Shown here: positions 45,662-54,074 of the stretch, one piece after another | Layout of the letters: every line of letters begins with the position of its first letter | Position numbering within the stretch: position 1 is the first letter of the stretch | The notes under the pieces: model-generated | What the model was told of the DNA's origin: nothing | Database searches by the model: none | What the model saw: only the letters and a program-made list of their open reading frames with translations | NCBI GenBank assembly: GCA_028710985.1 | Contig: JAQTTB010000001.1 | Span: 19,280 to 83,279, forward strand | DNA length: 64,000 nt | Direction of reading: 5' to 3' | DNA from: Patescibacteria group bacterium | GTDB taxonomy: Bacteria > Patescibacteriota > Patescibacteriia > JAHJFT01 | Translations under genes and position numbers: made by a program

Positions 45662-47620
45662 TTATTTTATTTCAACGGCATTAATATTGTCAAAAACGCC
45701 ACTGATAAAGCGCAGATTAATTTTATTATTATAAATTTCCGCGATGGCGATTCTCACCTCTCCGACAATATAGTCATAAAATGCTTTCAAGTCAAACTGA
45801 TTCGCCTGCGTCGCCCAGTTTGCGCTGCGGAGGAACGCGCCATTCCGATCGAATGATTTTATATATATATTTCCGTCTGTTTTATAAGTAACCAGTATCT
45901 CTTCTTCTTCGCCCGTATCCAAATTTTGCGTCGCAACGAATATTGGCCCCGTGATTTTCTCTGCCGCTTGAAAATTTGAAACCAAGACGCCACTCTTCCT
46001 AAATATCTTAATATGCAAAACACCGGCATCAATAAATCCCACGATTATTTCATCCGTGTCATCGGCATCAATATCTCCAGCCGTGACCGTAACGCCGCCG
46101 CGAAAACCAGAAGTATACGCCATAAAATTACCCTGAATTTCCCCTCTTTCATTAAACACTAGTATATGCGGACCGCCGCCCGGACCCGGCGCGGTGATAA
46201 TTTCATCGTTCACCGTCCGGCTGTCCACATTTCCGACGGCGATATTCACGCCACCGCGGAAAAGCGAATTATACGCAAAAAATTGTCCGTACAATTTCCC
46301 TGTCTCGCTAAAAATACGCACCTGCGGACCGCCGCCCGGACCCGCGCCGACCACAATTTCTTTTTGACCGTCATTATTTACGTCGCCGCTCTGAGCCGTG
46401 AACCCCTTTTTGAAACTATCCGGAAACACCGCGAAGCTATCTTTGACTTCCCCGCCGCTCCCAAGCTCACGGACAACCGGCGTAAAACCAAGCGGCGCAC
46501 CGATTACAAGCGATGAACCGCTCTTTGCCGCTTCAAGCGCCAACTCAAGCGCAGCGCGCGCATCCACGCGCGTTCCCAAGCCTCCGGCAAAATCCGGATT
46601 GATCCCGTCAATTATCACGCCGCTTTTTACCAAAATTTCATTGATTTCACGAGCCGAGAGCCCGGGCGCGATTGATTTCACGAGTGCGGACACGCCGGAA
46701 ACAATCGGCGCCGCAAACGAAGTGCCCGACCAATCGTCATCATAGAATGTATCAAAATCCGCAATTGCCGAGTTATAAACACGCGCGCTCCATATATCCA
46801 TGCCCGGTGCCGAAACATCAACGCAGGCTTTGCCAAAATTTGAAAATTTCGCTTTTTGATCCAACGTGTCGGTTGCCGCGACTCCAAGTACGTATATTTC
46901 ATTCTCATATTGATCAATGCACACCGGAAATTCATCGTACATATCCAAGTTCGAGCCGCCCGATTCGTCCGGCGTATTGCCGGCCGCCGCCACTACTACT
47001 ACTCCCGCTTCCCAGGCGCGGCGCACCGCAGTTGACATATCCTCGCTAAAATTAAAACCTACAAAACTCAAATTAATCACATCCGCACCATTTCGAATGG
47101 CGTAATAAATCGCTTTTGCCACATTGTCCGAGAATCCGTTACCCGTGGCATCGAGCACCTGAAGCGGCATTATCTTGCTCTCCCAGGTGATTCCGGCCAT
47201 GCCGTTCCGATTATTCCCTTCGGCTGCGATGATGCTCGCCACCGCCGTGCCATGGCTAATTCCCTCTTCCGCATATCCGTTGGAAAAATTCGGCAATATA
47301 TTTCCGTTATTATCCGAGAAATTCCATCCATTCACATCATCAATATAATCATTCTTATCATCATCGATTCCGTTTGCCGGAATTTCATCTTCATTGATCC
47401 AAGCATTGCCATCCAATTCCGGATGCGAAATATCCACGGCCGTATCAATCACTGCGACAATCACCTTCGGACTGCCGGTCGAAATATCCCAGGCGCGTTC
47501 GGCATCAATCTGACGCAAATACCACTGACGCGAAAAATCCGTATCGTTTGGGGTGAAAGCCTGCGCGCCTTGAACCGCAACGAATACAAAAATTATTGTG
47601 CAGAATATAAACTTTTTCAC
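45662..47620 (-). CDS. secreted subtilisin-like (S8) serine protease fused to FG-GAP/VCBS beta-propeller repeats
   Basis: 652 aa with a GTG start and signal peptide MKKFIFCTIIFVFVAVQGAQA. Catalytic triad: AVIDTAVD, HGTAVASI, SGTSFAAPIVSG. C-terminal repeats: FxAY...FRGGVxVxxGDxDxDxxDEIIxGxGPGGGPxxxVF. Confidence 0.9.
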   Translation of the reverse strand: MKKFIFCTIIFVFVAVQGAQAFTPNDTDFSRQWYLRQIDAERAWDISTGSPKVIVAVIDTAVDISHPELDGNAWINEDEIPANGIDDDKNDYIDDVNGWNFSDNNGNILPNFSNGYAEEGISHGTAVASIIAAEGNNRNGMAGITWESKIMPLQVLDATGNGFSDNVAKAIYYAIRNGADVINLSFVGFNFSEDMSTAVRRAWEAGVVVVAAAGNTPDESGGSNLDMYDEFPVCIDQYENEIYVLGVAATDTLDQKAKFSNFGKACVDVSAPGMDIWSARVYNSAIADFDTFYDDDWSGTSFAAPIVSGVSALVKSIAPGLSAREINEILVKSGVIIDGINPDFAGGLGTRVDARAALELALEAAKSGSSLVIGAPLGFTPVVRELGSGGEVKDSFAVFPDSFKKGFTAQSGDVNNDGQKEIVVGAGPGGGPQVRIFSETGKLYGQFFAYNSLFRGGVNIAVGNVDSRTVNDEIITAPGPGGGPHILVFNERGEIQGNFMAYTSGFRGGVTVTAGDIDADDTDEIIVGFIDAGVLHIKIFRKSGVLVSNFQAAEKITGPIFVATQNLDTGEEEEILVTYKTDGNIYIKSFDRNGAFLRSANWATQANQFDLKAFYDYIVGEVRIAIAEIYNNKINLRFISGVFDNINAVEIK

Positions 47621-47701
47621 AGGCTAAAAATTCATAAGTTATACGGATATGATACCATTTTTGCGCAAAAAATACACACTCATGCCATCCATCCCCAACC
47701 T

Positions 47702-47739
47702 AAATCCCGCCCCCGGGCGTCCCCAGGGGCGGGATTTTT
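47702..47739 (-). terminator. GC-rich hairpin terminator after the surface-protein gene
   Basis: AAATCCCGCCCC (47702-47713) pairs with GGGGCGGGATTT (47726-47737), with a 12-nt loop and flanking A/T runs. It starts ~40 nt downstream of the stop at 47778. Confidence 0.5.
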
Positions 47740-47777
47740 GAGTTACTGAATATTGCCGATTACTCGGCCAGTCAAGA

Positions 47778-50700
47778 CTAGAAGGTCAATACCACGTTTT
47801 CGGTGAGATCCTTGACGAGATACTCGTCAGTCCAATCACCGGTTGACAACGTATCTAATTGAGCGTTGTGCGGTATTGCCGCCTTGTCTGACCAGACAAG
47901 GTAAGCAGCAACTTCGCCACCCACTACACCGGTTGCATCCAAGTTCGGACCACGTACGGTGCCGACCGCGGCTGCATTCAGGTGATAGGTGTAGATGGTT
48001 GAGCTGCCAGTCTTAATAGTTACGTTAAGCGACTCGCTGGAGCCTGCACCGCCAACCGTACCCTTGAGGGTAAAGATGTGGCCGGAGCCAGAAATGCTCT
48101 GCTCTGTGCCGCTCGTGTAACTAATAAAGATTGTGCCCGAGGCATCGGTTGCGCCTTCAACAGTATTGCCGAGGTTATCAGTGATGGTAACCAAATCGGA
48201 AATATCTGTACCGTCCTGGAACCACTTCAAGGTATCAACCGTGAACGCACCGCTCTTAGTGAATTCGAATGTGAGTTTCGCGACACCCGCATCGCCTGCA
48301 CTGTCTGCGGTAACCTTGGTCTTGTAGAGTTCAATCGTACCGTTGGCCAGGCTCGAGCTAGCTAACGCTTGCTTGGCAAAAGTAAGCTTGGTCTTGCGGA
48401 TAACCATTGGGTTGCCCGCGAGGACCGCCGAGGCCGCCGCGTACACGCGCTCGCCGGACATGGCGCCCGTGCCCTTCACATTGTAACTATTGGTATAGTT
48501 CGCATCCCACTCGCCGGTCGTAACATTGTATTCAACCGCGAGTTTCGGGTTGTTGCCCGAGGTTGCGCCTGCGTCAATCGCGTTCAGCTTGCCAACCACC
48601 TGGAAGGTCACACTGCCGTCAGCCGGCACGGTGATCGGGGTGGAAAGCGTGATGTCGGTCGCCGTCGCCGAACCCGGGAACACATCCGTGCCCGAGGAGA
48701 CGATTACGCCGTCCTTCTGAATCGCGAGGTACTTGAAGTCACTATTTGCGCCGCCGCTATAGCGTTGCAGGCGGATCTTGTCAACGGAGATATTTTCGTA
48801 CTGTGAAGTAATCTTGGCTTGGGCAAAGGTTGTCCAAGCATCCTTACCGGCAATGACAATGTCGGTTGACGGATTTGATTCCGCCGCGATTGTCAATGTA
48901 CCGGAATTCTTCACAGTCTGGAAGATTGTCGGACCGTTGTTGATCGGATTGCTCCAAGTCACGTCGCCGTCAGTCGCAGTAACTGAATTGGCATCTGCGT
49001 CTTCGGCCGAAATATCGGTTTCGAGAGCAATACCGACCCAGAATGTGTCATCCGTACCGCCGGAAGTCGCCACTGAATCAAGTATTGCCTTGACAACCAA
49101 TGTCTTGGTTTCACCCGCCGGAATGCTATAGCTGAGACCGTCAAATGTGGCGGTACCCGCCGTTGCATCCGGGCTCTCGGCCGTGCCGAGCTGAGTCGTG
49201 CCATCCCACAGCGTAAGCTGGGTAATGACATCGTCCAGTTGAGCCGCGGTATAACCCGCACCGTTCACATTGCCCTGACCAGTGACTTTAACGCTCGTCA
49301 CTTTGATTGCGCTCTGTGAACCAGCTGTGAACACAAAACCAGATGAAGCAACATCTGATGTCTTCTTGACATAGGTGTCACTCACCGGAGTCGCGGCCAG
49401 CTGAACTGTCAGACTCGATGTCTTGACCGTCATGGTGTTGCCGGTAATAACCGCATTCGGCACGATTTGGGTTACAGCGAGATATTCGCCTGTGGCATTG
49501 TTCTTCACATAATCGGCAGCAAAGGCATTCAACTTGGCCACATATTGGCGATCGCTGTTGAACCAGGCGTTGTTTGCCACATCGGCCTTGAGGGCCAAAT
49601 TCTTGGTTGTGCCCGCGTTCACATAAAATGAATCGCTAACCACCCAAGTGCAAGTAGTTGCATCCTCACCACAGGCGGGACTTCCGCTTGAAAGTTGAGT
49701 CGGACCGGCGACAACTTCGCCGGAATCGGTATCAACTAATTTGATGTCAGTGAACAGATCTGTGGTGGATGCGTCAATGTAGTCATCACCATTGATACCT
49801 GCCAGTGTGAAGCTGATCTTGCGGACCTCGAGAGTGTTCTCGGCCGCAGTCATGCCAAACTGGAAGAAGATCTGATCCTGGCCGGCCTTTGGCATAGTGC
49901 CAGTCGCCGGACCATTGTAAGCGATCGTCAATTGACCGCCCTCGGTATTCGTGGTTACTGAATCGCCGCTATCAAAATCATCAATGTTCACTGCCGCGCC
50001 CCAGCCATAGGTATTATCTGTGGCATCGACATCGGTAGTGTACTCAAGATAGGTAATGATAGAGCGGCCGCCCTTGCCCACGACATCGGCCTTGACATAA
50101 AGAGTCTTGGTTGTGCCGTTGGAAATGAGATAAGGCGTGGCGAGGATAAAGTTTATCTTATCGCCGACAATTGTCGCTGTTTCGGCCACTAATTCTGTAC
50201 CAACATACAGCTTCAGGTTGGTAACGTCGCTGTTCACGACCGTACCGGCCTGAGCGATGCTGATTTGATTAAGCTTAATATCCGCGCTTGCGGCAGTAAG
50301 CTTAAATGAAGAAATCGTGGCTGCAAGTGATCCAACTGTTACGTTGGCCGGATCTGAACCTTCATTCACCGTCAGAGTGGCGGCATCCTGTGCACCAACC
50401 GTGAAGGTGTTGCCGCGTATCGGGAAACTGCCCGAAACCGTGGCGGTTGTGCCAACCTTACTCGTCGCAACGAGCTCTAGGGCATGTTCATCCGCAGCTA
50501 TTGCGGTTGAACTCAAATCGCCGCGGACCGTGAGATACTTGGTCGTGCCGGCGGTAATCGTCAAGTTCAGGTTGTTGAATTGAGCCTCGTTTGAGCTGGT
50601 ATTGATACTGCGACCGCTCGTCAGTCTTGTTGAACCCTCATAGAGGTAGACGTTCGTGAAGTCGCTCGCTGTACCAACGCCAAGGCGATGGAATGTCAGG

Positions 50701-51557
50701 GTATTAAGAATGACATTGCCGTCCGAGCTCGCGGTCACAGCGACCTTAATAAGCTGCACGCTTGACGAACCCTGGGCGACAGTTGCGCCCGCCGGGGTGT
50801 CAGAGGCCAAGGCCACGGCAAGACCGGTGCCTGTGCCGGAAACGCCGGCTACAAGATCCGTAATGCCCGCTTCACCGCCGGTAACCGCGGTTCCGTCCGC
50901 ATAAGTTACATCGGCCGCGACTGGGCTAATTACGAAACGCCATTGGAACATGTTGGCATCAAATGCCGCCTCGTTCGCAATTGCGCGCTTCTGACCATCC
51001 TGAATGTAGTAGACGGATGCACCAGAAGCATACTTAATCAAGCATCCATTCGGATGCACATAAGTGCTGATTGAGGTGCCGATTGAATAGTTGGTGAAGA
51101 ATGAATCCGGAACGTCAACTACCCAGCTGGCCCAATTTGTTCCCCAGAGTTTCTGGGCAACGGCCTCGGTCTCAACCCAATGCAAAACACCGCCGGTCGT
51201 CACGGCATAAACCTTGGGATCGGTGGTAATTTTGATTAGGAATGTACCTGGGCGGATTGTGATATTTCCGCCGATAGAGACTGCCGCGAGTTCCGCGTCA
51301 GTGATCTCTTTCAGGGTTGAGAAATCGGGGTACCATGAATAATAGGTGTTCTCGTTCGGGAAAACGTATCTCTTACCATCTGCTGCGTAATAATACACCG
51401 CCGGTTGGCTGGCCTTAATAAGGTCGCCTGCGGACAAGGTCGCTGCTTCCGCTGCCAAAGGCATTATGAAAGCCGCAAAACCGATTGACCACGCCATGGT
51501 GGTGATAACTACGCCAACGGTAAGGATCCTCTTTGAAATGCGTAGAACTTCAGTCAT
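47778..51557 (-). CDS. large secreted modular surface protein (S-layer-like or adhesin-like; family not recognised)
   Basis: 1259 aa with signal peptide ...FIMPLAAEA/AT. Three N-terminal ~60-aa modules: PAVYYYAADGKRYVF, PKVYAVTTGGVLHWV, ASVYYIQDGQKRAI. Then repeated T/S/A/G/V-rich ~100-130-aa modules ending ITAGTTKYLTVRGD, ISNGTTKTLYVKADV, VNAGTTKNLALKADV, IPAGETKTLVVKAIL. Confidence 0.7.
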   Translation of the reverse strand: MTEVLRISKRILTVGVVITTMAWSIGFAAFIMPLAAEAATLSAGDLIKASQPAVYYYAADGKRYVFPNENTYYSWYPDFSTLKEITDAELAAVSIGGNITIRPGTFLIKITTDPKVYAVTTGGVLHWVETEAVAQKLWGTNWASWVVDVPDSFFTNYSIGTSISTYVHPNGCLIKYASGASVYYIQDGQKRAIANEAAFDANMFQWRFVISPVAADVTYADGTAVTGGEAGITDLVAGVSGTGTGLAVALASDTPAGATVAQGSSSVQLIKVAVTASSDGNVILNTLTFHRLGVGTASDFTNVYLYEGSTRLTSGRSINTSSNEAQFNNLNLTITAGTTKYLTVRGDLSSTAIAADEHALELVATSKVGTTATVSGSFPIRGNTFTVGAQDAATLTVNEGSDPANVTVGSLAATISSFKLTAASADIKLNQISIAQAGTVVNSDVTNLKLYVGTELVAETATIVGDKINFILATPYLISNGTTKTLYVKADVVGKGGRSIITYLEYTTDVDATDNTYGWGAAVNIDDFDSGDSVTTNTEGGQLTIAYNGPATGTMPKAGQDQIFFQFGMTAAENTLEVRKISFTLAGINGDDYIDASTTDLFTDIKLVDTDSGEVVAGPTQLSSGSPACGEDATTCTWVVSDSFYVNAGTTKNLALKADVANNAWFNSDRQYVAKLNAFAADYVKNNATGEYLAVTQIVPNAVITGNTMTVKTSSLTVQLAATPVSDTYVKKTSDVASSGFVFTAGSQSAIKVTSVKVTGQGNVNGAGYTAAQLDDVITQLTLWDGTTQLGTAESPDATAGTATFDGLSYSIPAGETKTLVVKAILDSVATSGGTDDTFWVGIALETDISAEDADANSVTATDGDVTWSNPINNGPTIFQTVKNSGTLTIAAESNPSTDIVIAGKDAWTTFAQAKITSQYENISVDKIRLQRYSGGANSDFKYLAIQKDGVIVSSGTDVFPGSATATDITLSTPITVPADGSVTFQVVGKLNAIDAGATSGNNPKLAVEYNVTTGEWDANYTNSYNVKGTGAMSGERVYAAASAVLAGNPMVIRKTKLTFAKQALASSSLANGTIELYKTKVTADSAGDAGVAKLTFEFTKSGAFTVDTLKWFQDGTDISDLVTITDNLGNTVEGATDASGTIFISYTSGTEQSISGSGHIFTLKGTVGGAGSSESLNVTIKTGSSTIYTYHLNAAAVGTVRGPNLDATGVVGGEVAAYLVWSDKAAIPHNAQLDTLSTGDWTDEYLVKDLTENVVLTF

Positions 51558-51782
51558 AAATAATTTATATCCTTTTGAATTTAATTCTTATCACGCAAGC
51601 GGCCATTGGCCCCGACCTTTTAGCCTGCGCGTTAATTAACTCTGGTACAAGTTCCGACGCCCCAACATAAAGTTGGCGGTCGGAATCCCGACTTCCGCCT
51701 GCGGCGGAATGTCGGGACATCAGCCCATACCCCGGAAACGGCTTCCATAAAAACCGCCTTCGGGGTATTTCCGATGATTAAT
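51558..51782 (-). promoter_or_regulatory. 225-nt structured leader and promoter region of the surface-protein gene
   Basis: The minus-strand RNA would contain AUACCCCG...CGGGGUAU (51729-51768) and a 14-bp bulged hairpin UCCCGACAUUCCGCC-GCAG-GGCGGAAGUCGGGA (about 51684-51716). A GGAAC box (51655-51651) is a possible ECF-type -35. There is a weak SD, AAAGGA, before the ATG. Confidence 0.45.
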
Positions 51783-52991
51783 TTAATTCGTTACCGCTTT
51801 TGTCGTGGTTGCGGCTCCAGCCACTGCTGGCGTAGATGAAGTCTGAATTACGGGAATGATTGGGTCAGTCGATGAAACCCCAACCGGTTCGGTTATAATC
51901 GGCGTCTCGCTTGCTTCACTCTGATTTTCGGCTCCAACCGCCGAAGCCAGGGTATTCACTTCTTTTACCGCCGCAATCGCCCCGACTAAATCATTATTTT
52001 CCAAAAGTTCCCGTGCCTCCACAACTTTTTCCGCCAGTTGATCGGCAGTCGCGGTTGATGCTCCCGTTACCCCGATAACTTCACCCGTGCCGCTCGCCGC
52101 ACCAGTAATCACCTCTCCGGTCGAAGACGCGGCCTCCGAACCCACCGGGGTAGAAATTACCTCCGCGGTACCCGAAGCGCTCGTTACTCCAACCAACGCT
52201 GCCGCGGCTTCGGCTCTTTCCAGCTTGCTCGTAATTTTTTCAATTACTTCTTCCTCGGTGATTCCTTCGGCCTGACCCTGGGCGTGTTTCTCTACGATGA
52301 CTTCAACGGCCTTAACTGCCGTTACCTCAACAACCGCTTTCGCTTCTTGGACATCATTCTTATTGACATCGGAAAGCTTGTCCATGGTTTCCTGCAATTT
52401 ATTTTCAAACTCTTCAGATTTTTCATCAACGATTTTCGCCACCTCAACCGCCTTCTTTGAAGAACTTTTTTGTTTAATTTCTTCCAGATCATCCTGAACT
52501 GTTTTCATGCCTTTTTTAAAATCCGCCATGGACTTGGTTAGCTTTTCTTCCTTCCTTATATCGGGTTTCTCAATCAACTTAGTCGCTTCTTCCAGCCGCC
52601 GTCCGGCAAAATCAATGCGCAGTTTTGTTTTAACTTCCCGGGCCGGCGAAAGGGTTATTTGCGCGCCTTCGGAAAATAATTTTACGCCGTAAAGCGCATC
52701 ACCCGGCAAGCTGCCAAAAGACGCACTCACTGTCGCGGTCCAGCTGCCAAATACCAGAAATACGATAACCATGGCTGCGACAACCGGACGAAACGCCTTA
52801 GACCAGCCGGTGCTTACATCCACTGCCAATGAAAAATTTTCAAGCAGACTGCCGGTTTTCTCCGCCGCCGGCGCGTCCTGTCTTGCGTGAGCAAGCATGC
52901 TTTCGCGCGTTGACAATACCCAAGCCTCACGCGCTTTGCCGCCCGCTTTCGTCTTACCGAGATTATTCAATTGTTCTACCAATTTATCCAT
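51783..52991 (-). CDS. single-pass membrane protein, putative anti-sigma factor (DUF5667-like ectodomain)
   Basis: 402 aa. A ~75-aa cytoplasmic N-terminus, a TM helix (VVAAMVIVFLVFGSW), then SLPGDALYGVKLFSEGAQITL...KLRIDFAGRRLEE, a coiled-coil and an Ala/Thr/Ser/Gly-rich tail. It starts 9 nt after the sigma-factor stop. Confidence 0.5.
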   Translation of the reverse strand: MDKLVEQLNNLGKTKAGGKAREAWVLSTRESMLAHARQDAPAAEKTGSLLENFSLAVDVSTGWSKAFRPVVAAMVIVFLVFGSWTATVSASFGSLPGDALYGVKLFSEGAQITLSPAREVKTKLRIDFAGRRLEEATKLIEKPDIRKEEKLTKSMADFKKGMKTVQDDLEEIKQKSSSKKAVEVAKIVDEKSEEFENKLQETMDKLSDVNKNDVQEAKAVVEVTAVKAVEVIVEKHAQGQAEGITEEEVIEKITSKLERAEAAAALVGVTSASGTAEVISTPVGSEAASSTGEVITGAASGTGEVIGVTGASTATADQLAEKVVEARELLENNDLVGAIAAVKEVNTLASAVGAENQSEASETPIITEPVGVSSTDPIIPVIQTSSTPAVAGAATTTKAVTN

Positions 52992-53000
52992 TTATCGGGT

Positions 53001-53546
53001 TTATTTATTGTCTTGCTGCTCCATAATTTCACGTAATGCCGCGAGCGAGCGGTGAAGCAGAACCCGCACATTGTTTCCGCTTTTCTGCAAAATACTCGCG
53101 ATTTCGCCAGCTGTCATATTATCCAGATACTTCATCACCACAATCTCGCGATACTCATCCTTTAGTTTATTCAGCGCACGGTAAATCCTCGCCAAGTCAG
53201 ACTGCTTCTCCAGTTCCGCCAGTCCAACGATGTCCACTTCTCCGGCCGTCTCTTCCATGAGCTGAATATCGCTCTTTCTCTGCCGATAATGGTCAATGAC
53301 CAAATTCCGCGCAATTGTGTAGAGTAGGGCTCCCACACTTTTCACCGGCTGGCTGCCTGCAAGATAATCCCAGGCTTTTAAAAAAACCTCTGAACTCAAG
53401 TCTTCAGCTTCTTGTTCCGAGGATACTTTAAAAAAAATAAATCTATATATCTTGGCGCCGTAATCATCATATAACTCTGCAAATGCCCCTGCGTCCTGCT
53501 TCGCCTTGATCTTATAGACCAGTATTTTTTCTTTGAATTTATTCAT
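53001..53546 (-). CDS. RNA polymerase sigma factor, ECF (sigma-70 group 4) type
   Basis: 181 aa. Region 2: FAELYDDYGAKIYRFIFFKVSSEQEAEDLSSEVFLKAWDYL...IARNLVIDHYR. Region 4: EYREIVVMKYLDNMTAGEIASILQKSGNNVRVLLHRSLAALR. Confidence 0.85.
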   Translation of the reverse strand: MNKFKEKILVYKIKAKQDAGAFAELYDDYGAKIYRFIFFKVSSEQEAEDLSSEVFLKAWDYLAGSQPVKSVGALLYTIARNLVIDHYRQRKSDIQLMEETAGEVDIVGLAELEKQSDLARIYRALNKLKDEYREIVVMKYLDNMTAGEIASILQKSGNNVRVLLHRSLAALREIMEQQDNK

Positions 53547-53638
53547 CTATATTGACGATAAGATGATACGAATGTTACACAATCCGCCTTCATTTGTAAA
53601 GTCTTTTAGTCTCAAATTCGGTTAAATCACCCGTTTTC

Positions 53639-53667
53639 TTGACAAACTTTCAAGCTGCACATATAAT
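53639..53667 (+). promoter_or_regulatory. consensus sigma70 promoter of the small HTH gene
   Basis: TTGACA (53639-53644), exactly 17 nt, TATAAT (53662-53667). It is immediately followed by the palindrome AAGTCTA-N8-TAGACTT (53668-53689), a possible operator. Confidence 0.7.
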
Positions 53668-53702
53668 AAGTCTAAACTAGCCTAGACTTTTAATATAAGC
53701 CC

Positions 53703-53999
53703 ATGTCTTCATCCATTCGCTTATCCGTATCCGAAGCCGCCCGGCTTTTTGGCATTAGTGAAAAAACCCTGCGCCGCGCCATCATTAATAAGGAAATCAA
53801 CTATATCGTGGTTGCCGGCCGGTACAAGCTAAATTTTGAAAGCCTGGTCAAGTGGTCCCAGCAAAAAACCACGGTGCGCCGCAAATCCGAAAAATACGGC
53901 ATCGACCAATTTGTGGATAAATGGCGCCTCTCCGCCACCCTCTACTCCCCCAACCCACCCGCCACGGAACAAGAGAACAATTCAACAATACAACAATAG
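53703..53999 (+). CDS. small helix-turn-helix DNA-binding protein (excisionase/MerR-type HTH)
   Basis: 98 aa: LSVSEAARLFGISEKTLRRAIINKEINYIVVAGRYKLNFESLVKW. The C-terminal 11 codons are encoded by the SAACAA word array. Confidence 0.7.
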   Translation: MSSSIRLSVSEAARLFGISEKTLRRAIINKEINYIVVAGRYKLNFESLVKWSQQKTTVRRKSEKYGIDQFVDKWRLSATLYSPNPPATEQENNSTIQQ

Positions 54000-54074
54000 A
54001 ACGACCTATAAAAAAACAAGCGTTTTACCTATGCTTGTTTTTTTGTTGTATTGTTGAATTGTTGCGTTGTCCGC
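53967..54074. repeat. two facing 8-nt periodic word arrays around a bidirectional terminator hairpin
   Basis: 53967-54006 reads GAACAAGA GAACAATT CAACAATA CAACAATA GAACGACC. 54043-54074 reads TTGTTGTA TTGTTGAA TTGTTGCG TTGTCCGC. 53976-53996 and 54043-54063 are exact 21-nt reverse complements. The inner terminator is AAAAAAACAAGC-GTTTTACCTAT-GCTTGTTTTTTT (about 54010-54044). Confidence 0.9.

Noticed and set aside
47778-51557. Numerous 60-145-aa ORFs on the opposite strand or in other frames of the surface-protein gene, and similar ones inside 4975-8275
   Set aside because: They are nested in a long, coherent ORF with modular protein repeats. They are typical shadow ORFs of GC-moderate sequence.
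53668-53689. The operator half-sites AAGTCTA/TAGACTT also occur in the 9.45-9.59 kb word block (9485-9491, 9563-9569, 9570-9576), suggesting a regulon link
   Set aside because: A 7-mer is expected several times by chance in 64 kb on two strands, and the 9.5-kb words are part of a low-complexity array. The support is too weak to claim.
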